Shown one piece after another: positions 13,859 to 24,677 of a DNA stretch of 64,000 nt (position 1 is its first letter; every line of letters starts with the position of its first letter). A program made the translations under genes and the position numbers. This stretch comes from Fimbriosthenelais zetlandica. Its lineage: Eukaryota. The notes under the pieces are model-generated. The model searched no databases and was not told the origin of the DNA. It saw only the letters and a program-made list of their open reading frames with translations. Location: NCBI GenBank assembly GCA_977030845.1, contig OZ365110.1, forward strand, positions 20,832,001 to 20,896,000. The letters run 5' to 3'.

Positions 13859-14180
13859 TTCGTTCCTTAATTTCCAAAATCCTCAACCATCTTTTAACTT
13901 CATTTTCCGATCAGATCCTAAATTGCGCCTGACATTCATCTCTCATGAAAATTAAAATACTGAACCTGACCTAAAGGTCTGAAAGGATCCTATGCGTCTT
14001 GGTCACTCCTACATTGAGCAATATTATCGATCTGTATTTTATAATCATCGTGAATTGTATGTCAGACCCACCATTAATATTTGTCAGACAATACCTTTAA
14101 GTAAACCTCCAGTTGGTTAGCAGTAAGGTTATGGATTCCCACAGAAAATGCAAAGCAAACATACATTGGCGAAGGTCAAT
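13859..14180 (+). repeat. 322-bp direct repeat, copy 1
   Basis: ttcgttccttaatttccaaaatcc...cattggcgaaggtcaat, identical by eye to 20403-20724. Confidence 0.95.
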
Positions 14181-17100
14181 GGTGGACTTAAGAGATAGAA
14201 TCAGATGTAAACATACAGTAACTGAAAAAATATACCAAGGAAGAGCTTGGTGTGTTACTCATCAATGCATAAAGTATAGTATCTTTCGTGGCGAATTTAT
14301 GGTCAACGAAATTTGTTGTCGGTTTAAGATTTATTCTTTACCGAAATGCAGAATGAGAGAGACCATTGGACAGCAGATTGTCTCAACACTTTTGGCTTTG
14401 TTTCCTCGGCTAATCCACTCAGCAGGAAAGTTTGAGAGATAGGCCTACAGAGAAAAAGACAGAACATATCCCATATTGGGGGAGGAGAAAGAGACCGATA
14501 GGGACATGGAAAGAAGCAGAAGAAGAATGAAGAGAAAAGAGAGATAAGAGAGGGGTTAGAGAAACACATGGAAGCGGTTAAGCTGTAAAGGGAAAATGGG
14601 GGAGAAAAGATGGTGATGCCAGGGCTTGGTATACACTGAAAGTAAAGTGTCTGGTCCCTCTGGTATTGGGGGCACATAGATCAACCCCTTGTATACCACT
14701 ACTGGCTACCTGTCTGCTTATCTCAGATCTATACGCCCGGCCCACGCTTCCCCAGGCACTGTCTATACTCGTTTTTTTCCTATATATGAACTTCCTGCGA
14801 TAATTCTCTATTATCTCAAATTTGTTTTCGCCATAGGATGACACATACGTGATATAGGCCTATTGGCCTATAACACAAAGATGGCGTCGCGAGAAAATGG
14901 TTTATAAACGTTGTTCGTTGGAGAATTCTTTTGTCTTCTATCTTTGACTAGTTTGATGAAACACCAATATGGGGCTAAGGATTGTGTTAGATAAAATATT
15001 GGTCTGACCTTGGGTGTTTGCAGTGCCACTTTTTTGGTAGTTATACACGCGCGAGAATTCAGAAAAGCTCGCCTGCTGCGAAAAGGTAAAGGTTATTTGT
15101 GAGTGTTTGTGGTTTCTGGAGATGCTATTCTACATGTAAAAAGAGAGCTCGGGTCTATGATAGGCTGGGTTGCTTGTAATGAGCCACTCCATCCAGTTTG
15201 TATCTATTCTGTTTTTGTTACTAGCTACTCAGTTCCTGTGGAAAATCCCTTTGTGTATAGCTTATCCAACTTTGGTTGGATGAAAATGAAACATTTTGGG
15301 ATTACAAAAATGTTTTTTTTGTGGGTCACCCGTATCTCTTATATGTTTTGAGATTTCTTAATTTGAGATGATGGAATATGAGTCCCTCTTTTTGAATCTG
15401 AATTTGGGAAATTTGGAATATGTGATAGATGTTCAGAAAATGCGGATCCTTTCGTGTAATGTTTGACATTTAACATGTTGGGACTCAGTGGGGAGTAGCT
15501 TGCCATATGCTTTACGGTATATGAGAGATGCCATACTCTAGAGGCATGCCTTGCTAGTCGCCTGGTAAAATGTAGGATAGGTTCGCATTAGCCTGGGCGG
15601 TGTACAGGGTGGCTCTGTGTTTGGCTGACTTCTGGTGCACCCCACTTGCAAAGAAGCCAGACACATACTTGTCTCTACATACATACATGTCTTACTTGTC
15701 GGTGAGGGTGGAAAGAAGAGGCAGCTGGTCGACTCTAGATCCTGTATGAGCAGGCAATGGCAACTGGCTTAGTTAAGACTTTGTACAACACAATGGGGAT
15801 TACCTATATACAGGGGCATACCGTTTTCTTCTGCCCAGAAGGCAAGAATGCAGATCACGCCAATACATTGAAGGTACGTCACAATGATGCCAAGCACGTG
15901 CTACCCCTATCTCTTAGATACACCCCACTAATCAGAGCATTCCTAAATGAGGCGAACCTGGAGGAAATTCCTCCTGACCATCCCTAAATATTAATGAGAC
16001 TTCATCAATGGCAAAGCCTTCTTGATATTTACATTCTTTTCTCTATGCTGTCTCCTTGTTTCCTTCTTGAATTCTGCATATTGCTATTCATTGGATGATA
16101 TTGTGTATGAAGTAGATGTGACGCGCCGTAAATATTCATGAGGGTTCGTAAGTGAAAATACTAAGATTTCCTTAATTCTTTTCTATCCTGTTTGAGAATT
16201 AAAGATTAATATTCATTGCTTGATATTGAATAGAATAAACATCTTGTAGGGAGTTATAGTTCAGACAGTTACTGCCATCCTGTTTCTTTCTCGCAAAAAT
16301 GTTGATTAGGCCTACATTTTGTGAGATGGAGATGGTTGTGAAACATTTCATGAAAAGTGACTAGTTTTGTTTAGGCTTTGCACATGGATAGATTGTGGCC
16401 CATAGGCTGAGTAAAACAGGCCCATGTACAAGCCTGGGGTAAAGCCTGACTATAATCACATACAGTCCTTCTCGTGCATTTGCTTTAGTGACAGTGTAAG
16501 GCTGAAGTGCAGAGCCTTGTAGCAGTCAGAGTTTAGGGTTGGGCAGCGTGAAGCAAGCATTAGTTGGTGGTTAGACCAGCTTGGCTCTGTAGCCTGCAGC
16601 ATTAAGCTGCAGTGCTTAACACCAGCCCTAAATCACGATTGTTACACAGCCCTCCACTTAGTGGGACTAACCCGGGCAGAATGACGAAACACAGCCCCCC
16701 TCCACCATCTCCTCCTCCTTCTCCTCCTCCACCAGTCCCAGCCAGTTACATCTCAGGCATCTTTTGCAGCTTCCGCAGCCACTTTGCTGCCCTGCCAATG
16801 CTCTCTGCTAAAGATGAAAGGTTTGCCAATATCTCATGAGAACCCCGGGCCATCAAGCCAGCTGACCCGAGAAAGGGGGTCGTCCGTGGGACCCACCCTT
16901 TCCCACTGGCCCCTGAGACTCCCTGCCCTGCCTACGGTGGCTTCAGATTAGTAGGGAGGTCTTGGGCATCGTGTGAGGGACATTGTTTATAGCTGTACAT
17001 TCATGAGCTTTGACATACAGCCTGAAAGTATTCACAAGGCTGAATTCTGGAGTCTTTCTATCCCATTGTTGAAAGGAATGCCTCAATTCCATTAATGCTT

Positions 17101-17711
17101 GATCCTAACTGTTTGAAATCGATTCAAGGTAACTATTGACATTAGTCTGCAGTAATGCACACACATGAGCTAAATCTAAATAATTGTGCTGAAAGAGGGA
17201 CTATGGGACAGTAAATAGGCTTTTCCGCTTTTCCCTTATTACACTTTCTTTCATTTTCTCCCTGGATACAATGAAAGACTTCATACAGATTCAGGGTGCG
17301 ACAAGATCACCGTCTACACGCCTGAGGCGTGTTGATTTTAGCCTCTGGCGGGTTGATTTTCATTCTACCGTTTTTCAGGCGGGTTGATATATGTACCTAC
17401 TCTTGCAAGTTGCATATCATTTTCTCACTACAAAGACTTTATTTGGACTCTGATTAGAGCTTGCAGATCTTAGGGGAAGGAAAACTTGGATTGTAATCAG
17501 TGTTGGCAAGTTTTGTCAGTCGCTGCCTTAAACCCGGTTCAAACTAGGGATTTAAACTGGGCTGAGAAAACCCCTCATTGGGCAAAACTGGGAAAACTTA
17601 ATTCTTAATTGTTCTGTTTTTGCCTTTCTTACTACAATTAGCAGCAAATAACTTATAATTAGGCATAAAAATGCTAAAAGAATACTAAGTGGATAGAACT
17701 AAGAATAGGAG

Positions 17712-17817
17712 ATAGAACCCTCTGAGCCCCACTTGGCCAAGGCCGAGCCTTTCTCGGTCTGGTAGACAGTCTATACCAGACCATAGAAAGGTGAGGCCAT
17801 CCAAGTGAGGGTTCTAT
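17712..17817. repeat. Imperfect 106-nt inverted repeat (fold-back)
   Basis: Nested complementary blocks: ATAGAACCCTC/GAGGGTTCTAT, ACTTGG/CCAAGT, GGCC/GGCC, CCTTTCT/AGAAAGG, GGTCTGGTA/TACCAGACC and GAC/GTC, about 40 bp in total. Confidence 0.85.
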
Positions 17818-20402
17818 AAGGTTTGGTGACGAGGGTATGATAATCCTGGCTAGGTCCTAGGGGTCGGAATAAAAACGACAACTGAAAGACTTGACTCTCT
17901 ACTTTGGTTTTATACTGTAATATATACCCGTAATGTCAAAAAGAAATTCCATTCTTGAGTACTATTTTACTTCTAGTTCTAAGCAATCTAGGATATATGT
18001 TAATACATTATTTACCAGGCTTAAATCGGGTATCTAAAAGACAGTTAAATATTTTGTCAGGCGTGTAGATTTCAAATCTACCCGCCCAGGGGCAAGTTGA
18101 TTATTCTGATCTTGTCGCACCCTGAGATTGGGACCTTGGCTGTGCTTCACATAATTCATAGGGTTTCAGGAATGAAGAAACCAGATCTTCTCTCATGTGA
18201 GAATATTGATTACAGAATAAATTGTTATGATCCAAAGCAGATATTGGACGGGATTCTGGTTTCCACTTCTCATCGTAAACACGTGCAGGGAAATAATCAG
18301 ATATGGGATAAAGGATTTGTTGGTCCAAACGTGCCATTTGACCACGACCTTGGTGTGCCCGGGCCACCCCGGTCTGCCTTCGGCCATTTCCCAGTGATAT
18401 ATGGCGATCAATATAGGGGAATGGTGTGATCCTTTCACAGTGTCATCCAACCTGCTCTCACGTCCAGAAATCATGCCCAGAATGGTCCGGCTTCAGCGGC
18501 TCTCATCTAAACCTGAAAACCCAGGGCTTTTATACTTTCTTGTGAACGCCAGGCATTCCCTTCATAATATCTTTATTACCTCAGCGCAGCAGATGGTGTT
18601 CATCATATGGGGCTAGTTTCCAGTTCGCACCTTTGTCATATAGGCAGATGGATTTTGACATAGTGGCCCAGCACACATGATGTGAAATTTATCAGTGCTA
18701 GATGGCAGTGCCTGCAGCCGAGAGCTGAGTCAACAACAGGCCTAGCTACCTTTGTAAACGCGATCCATATCCCTTGCTCTTGTGGTGTGCTTGAGTGTGG
18801 GGCGGCACCGACAAGCAAACAGTCCAAGCCCACATGCCTGTTTCTCCTCAACCTGTGCAGATCGATCTGGCCCTGGCCCAACCTGCACTCTATTCATTAT
18901 AGCATGTCACCATTCCCAGGATTGACATGTAGAGATTCTGTTAGGAGAAGGTGGCAGAGTTTGGTCCCAGACCCCAGTAAGCTCAATCTCCTAGTTGGCA
19001 TCATGCACCGCCAGATGGATGGCATTTGCTTTCCATGTAGGGTACAGAACCTTGCATTGATTCCTTCAGATGAAAATTCAATTCCAATTGCTTTCAAATA
19101 TCCCGCGAAATTTGCTCACCCAGTTGATGTGATTCCCATGCTACCTTAGCCACCATTCCATATGTGGATATGAATTTTGTTTTTGCATCGCAGAAACTGA
19201 AAGCTTCCATTTATCTTTTACTTAAATCATGTCATATAAACTTCCCGATCATGCAGTTGTAAAAGCTTTCATACCACATTAATAGTTGGTATATTAATTA
19301 TTTGACTGGGAAGCCACTTTGGAAGCCATTGCTGCACCAACGTGCCAATATTTCTCCCATCGCTTACCATATGCTCACCTTCCCATAGTGAACACGTCCA
19401 GTCAGAGGAAGCCAGCCCCCCACTCAGCTCCAGCCCCCACCCTCGCATCATTATCACTCGAGTAATGAAATTAATGCTGTCACTGTCAACAAACTCTGGT
19501 TTAATGGAAAAAATGCAATTTCCTCCGGCATATTGAGTGCTGAGCCAACATGTGGGGAGACAGTGGCCGCCAGGCTGTCTCCTATTGGTGTCTGAACATG
19601 GACCATCCCACCATCAAACAGGCCCCTCCGCCCGGTCAGCCCACATATCAGCCAGCCCTTTATGGCCCTTCAAGGCCATTCACTGCCTCCGACTAACACG
19701 CTGGCCCCATAGTTTTATCGCTAGGATCTAATGGTATACCAGTCCCCCCAAACCAAATAACTACCTTGGTCTGTGTCCGGAACGGCTTTCAGTAATCTGC
19801 CGAGGGAAATGCTTTGTTTTAACCACTTTAGACAGAAAGGGAGGATGCGCTAGCGATTCAGTTGCAGAATAGGTAAATATTTTCATGTAAATGTTTTCTA
19901 ATGTAACCCGTACAAAAATGACATATAATCCCAGCTCTAATGAAAGCCTGCATAATATAGATGATAAACTTTAGCAGTGAATATAGAGTGGAAATATGCT
20001 GACTTACTCAGAATTATTTATCAACTTTTGCTTTTGTAGTTTCACCTGTACAGTTTTACATTTCTTAAGTGAAGGACTATAAATTGTAGAATTGTGCAGT
20101 AATGTTTCAGTCATGAATATTCTGACTTTCCTGGTCACTATGAACCGAAGCTGTGGTAGAGTTTTTCATTCTTCTGTGCAGGTGGATATATTAGAGCCTC
20201 AGTGTTGATATTGCCATAACTCGGGCTCGTGCAGCAGAAATTCATGTTCTGAATCATGCAAATGAGATGCAAATTAGATTCCATGTGTAGACCAGCTTTC
20301 TATAAGTACCTCATGCCAGTCCTCCAATCCCGCCACTACCCCTGGTGGTGCTTGGTGATGGTCCATGATGGGGTAAAATAACAAATCCCTTCAACCCAAT
20401 TT

Positions 20403-20724
20403 TTCGTTCCTTAATTTCCAAAATCCTCAACCATCTTTTAACTTCATTTTCCGATCAGATCCTAAATTGCGCCTGACATTCATCTCTCATGAAAATTAAA
20501 ATACTGAACCTGACCTAAAGGTCTGAAAGGATCCTATGCGTCTTGGTCACTCCTACATTGAGCAATATTATCGATCTGTATTTTATAATCATCGTGAATT
20601 GTATGTCAGACCCACCATTAATATTTGTCAGACAATACCTTTAAGTAAACCTCCAGTTGGTTAGCAGTAAGGTTATGGATTCCCACAGAAAATGCAAAGC
20701 AAACATACATTGGCGAAGGTCAAT
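20403..20724 (+). repeat. 322-bp direct repeat, copy 2
   Basis: Same sequence and orientation as 13859-14180, offset 6,544 bp, no mismatch seen. Confidence 0.95.
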
Positions 20725-21400
20725 ATAATTATAGCAGCCCTTAACGATCACTGTGTAAATAATGGTTCCCTATGGGGCTTTGTCCCATCAAATAGAACTC
20801 GACCTCTGCTTTAGGGGAGATAGTTAACTAATCATAGGAAGGCTGGAGGTTATTGATGCACTAGTGGATACAATTACACATGATCCGGGGCTGAACTGGG
20901 AGTGAAAGGGTGATCAACTTGAGTTTGCTTGACAATATATTGCTGTATATAACATGGTTAAGCTCACTGCTCGGTTAAAACCCCATTTCCTGGTCAGACC
21001 TCAGGGCATCCTCTGTAGCTTGGTAAGCTGTGTGATGGTGGAAAGTGGTATCCAACCCACCTTTTGTGGGACTGACTCTGGTCTGGAAGTAAGATAAGGG
21101 ACAGGACTGCTGGAGGGCCAGCACCGATAAGTAAGTGTTCTGTTGTATGAAGCTCAAAGGCTAAAAGGGCTCTGGTCAGAGCAACCTTCTATGAATATTA
21201 TATTTGACCCTGGGAATGTTTACAACAAAGTTTTTTCAACAAGTAGAATGCTGTGGGAAGTGGGGCTCCTTGGATCATATTTATAAACGCTTTCTTAGAA
21301 TATTATGTTTGGGTTGGTAGTCCGAGTCGGTAAAGGTGTGTTCTGCTATTGTTGTTTGGCTTCAATATATATTTTGAAGCACAATATCCATACACTGTAG

Positions 21401-21514
21401 TGTGCATTTGGTGCTTACTTTTGCGCAGTCACTGCTTACCTTTGTGCAGTCTGTGCCTACATTTTTGCAGTCTGTGCTTACATTCGTGCAGTCTTTACTC
21501 ACATTTGTGCAGTT
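21401..21514. repeat. Degenerate 21-bp minisatellite, about 5.4 units
   Basis: Units: tgtgcatttggtgcttacttt / tgcgcagtcactgcttacctt / tgtgcagtctgtgcctacatt / tttgcagtctgtgcttacatt / cgtgcagtctttactcacatt / tgtgcagtt. Confidence 0.85.
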
Positions 21515-22769
21515 GTTCGTTGCAGGACCATACATACGGCCAAAATGGTGCTTTTCAAACAGTCAACCTTGACAGTCAATTACTTCCTTGGTTCGTTCGA
21601 AAATCATATTTTTCATTTTGAAATCTTTTGTTTGCCATTTTTATCTCAAATACTATTCACCCAGAAGGGCATGTGGGTATATCCGAAGTAGAGCATAAAC
21701 ACTACTGATGTTTGTAGACGCGTAGGGAATACCAGGTTGTGATTAATAGTAGAGAAGCCACGTTGAGGCAGACTCCCATATCCTATGAGTTTATCCATGA
21801 CAGCTGGCTCTAAGTGCTAGCCAGCCACAGACGTGAAATAACTCGGTTTTTATCCTTTGTTGAGGCCGGAGGAAGGCAGGGTGTGGGACTGTTTTTTGCA
21901 GCTTGCATCCATGACTTGTGGAATGTGCCGAACTTTTGTGTTATAGAGAATTGTTGGGGCACAGTATGCGACTCAACAGTACTTTTTCTGTGATATCTCT
22001 TTCTTTCATTTTTTTGTTTATTTTTTTTTATTGTGTGCGGTATATTCTTTCATAGAAATAAATGGTTGTGGTTTACATTTATATTCAGTTTCCCAAGCCG
22101 TATTAACCCTGAGGTGATTTCCATACTTTCCACCTCATTAAAAGCATTGGAATCTTCCTATACACTATGTACCTGATGATCATTTTCCATCACTCTAATC
22201 TGGTTCGAGCGGATCCACATTCACCTTTTCACCTTGCACAAGGTCATAGCATAATATTCTCCAGGCATATGTCAAGAACTCCTTCTGTAAGTCGTGCAGA
22301 TTTCGGGATGTCGGTTGGGAGTTTGCACTTAGTGGTGGGTGTTCACCAGGTATTCCAGTCTGTCATTATCGGATCGAGTGATACGCCTGCCTGAGTGAGG
22401 CTTAATTAATGGTGTCCTACCTGTTACTTTCATGGTCGTATGTGCTTTGCTAGATGGACCATTACAGACGTCCTTGTGCCCTTTTCTGAGCAATCTATTC
22501 TTTATCGTATGTGAATTTGGGCGTCCGACCATACTGCTTTTCTGCACTGAAACACTAAGCTGGAAGTCAATGCACTTCTGTTTATTTCAAGGCCATGAGA
22601 CGAGGGTGCGGGTCATAGATAGGGATGGTCTAAAGGGAGACCAACCCCCCAATCCATCCCCTCCCCTCACCTTATTGAAGGTCATTATAGATGCATCAAA
22701 TCTCCCTCTTACCATACCAGATTACTCCCAGCCCAAAGCGGGTGACTCCACCTAAGTAGCCCAATAGTG

Positions 22770-22920
22770 AGGGACAGGTTGTGTGCTGAGAGGAGAAAAA
22801 AGGAAACCATGGAGACATTAATGAGGGAGAAGACAAGGTGACAGGATCACTCTGCCCCCTGGTGAGGGATTGTAAGGATCTTGGTGAACCAGGGACGCAC
22901 CCTTCCAGCATCCTTCCAGT
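22770..22920 (-). mobile_element. Possible decayed DIRS-type retrotransposon fragment (methyltransferase-like region after RNase H)
   Basis: PRSLQSLTRGQSDPVTLSSPSLMSPWFPFF resembles DIRS1-like PRVLQKI..Q..V.LIAP.W..QPWFP.L. An alternative frame gives GGRVIL, which would need frameshifts. Confidence 0.35.
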
Positions 22921-24630
22921 CTGTGCGCACGAATTAATGCACTGAATTACCAGGACCTCTGGGAGAACTACATCTGGAGGTGGTAACTCCACGGGGCAGT
23001 GTAATCCTAGTGGTTATCAGGAACGCCTCAGAGGAAGTGGTATGTTCAGGCAGTTGTCACCTATATTGTATCCGCTATTGGTTGATGCTGGAGATTAGGG
23101 AAACAGACATGGGAGTGAGAGACCCATGTGCGCTCTCATTAGATGGGTCAGTGTTGGGAATCTGTCACTCATGAGTATTGGCTTCGAAAGAATTTACAGG
23201 ATTTAATTTCGAATTTTCGATATTAAATGTAACAACAATTTCCATCATTGGTTTGGTCATATTTTCTTTAACCAAAGTTTATTTCTGGAATTAAAGTGCA
23301 CTCTATGTCTATGAAGCCCTGCGAATGCCTGCCTGAAGTGCAGAATTCTCCGTTGCATTTTCCACTTGCATCACGGAAAAATCCCTTGCTTATTTGGCAT
23401 TCGCGTCTGAACTGGAGAAGATGTCTAGCTGTCTCACTTCCTTCCTTGGGGGCCTACTTCTTTTAACCTCAAGATATCATAATCAAAGTTGATTTAGTTA
23501 TCCGAGGATAGTGTGCTGAGGTGAATGGCATGGGAGCATCCACTGGCATGAAAAGGAAGACCTGATCACGTTAGGCGATTGACATTCATTCACGGCCGAG
23601 CTTTCATTCGCCTGATTGTTATGTGATTATTACATTATGATGAAACGATTGTCACAGTCGCCATTTATCACGGAGACCCTCCATGAAAAGGTTTGTTCAT
23701 GTCCCCGACTTCATTAATGAAACCGATCGATTTGGTTATACATCCATACAATGGACCTCCAGCAGGTTATCAAAAGCTGGGACTAATGCGCTGGCAGCTC
23801 GCTTTGTGCCCATGAATGCAAGCAGTCAAAATGAAATGAATACACGTACACTCCCGATAGATGTCAGGTGTATTTACGTAAGATCGGGGACAGAATAATT
23901 GCGTGATGCATACCAGTAGCGAGGCAATGCCAGCGGGTGAAATACTAGCTCATAAAAAACCCACACACAAACTGTATGTGGAGGGTTAGCTATCATTGAG
24001 CTTGGGTCTGAAGGAGAGGTGGAGGCAGGCCTGGGCAACCCCAGAGCTTGTCTTCTATGTTAGGCAATTGTAAGGGTAAGAGCAGTAGAGCCGCCTGTCG
24101 TCTAGTATAATCAATAGTGTGATTAACCTCTGGGATGTGGTGGGTACACAGGTCCATCAGTGGACGATATCGAGTTATTGAGACAAAACGAGCCGGGCTT
24201 GCTTGGTTATAGAGCAAGCTATTATCCCTTCTCTTACCAGCCTGACCTATTTAATGGGATGGGGAACTTCCTATTATTGCCCTCCACATGCCAGGCTGGG
24301 GTGCAGAAAGGTGGGATGCAGCCGTGCAAGTGGCTACTCAGTATACTGCTGAAATGCTTGCTCAGCGTAAATGGCATATATGGCTTTCTTTTGTATGTCT
24401 TGTTAACTGCTTTTAACAATTGGACCTCTTTTTCCCAGCCTCTCCCGCTTCCCCTCTTCCCATTGACATGTATGCTCTTCTATTCCCTCTCATTCTGCTC
24501 CTGCTCTTCGAGCTGTTCATGGCCCTCCTCCGTCCCCCCTTCACTCTCGCCTATCTCCTCTGGGACTTCCACTGCCTCTCCATAGGTACCTCCTTCTCAG
24601 GTCAAACAGTGCATATATCTAAGTAAGCCT

Positions 24631-24677
24631 CTGATTGGATGACCGTAGGTTCCTATGGTAACGGCCACCATAGCAAC
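24631..24677. promoter_or_regulatory. Candidate NF-Y plus double RFX X-box module
   Basis: CTGATTGG (reverse CCAAT) at 24631-24638, GTTCCTATGGTAAC at 24649-24662 and GCCACCATAGCAAC at 24664-24677. Confidence 0.35.

Noticed and set aside
16612-16839. Proline-rich ORF (SPPPPSPPPSPPPP)
   Set aside because: Explained by a degenerate (CCT)n simple repeat; no splice or homology support.
13859-20724. LTR retrotransposon with identical LTRs
   Set aside because: No TG...CA termini, no polypurine tract in either orientation, only a 7-nt PBS-like TGGTGGA, no TSD around the whole unit, and no gag/pol ORF inside.
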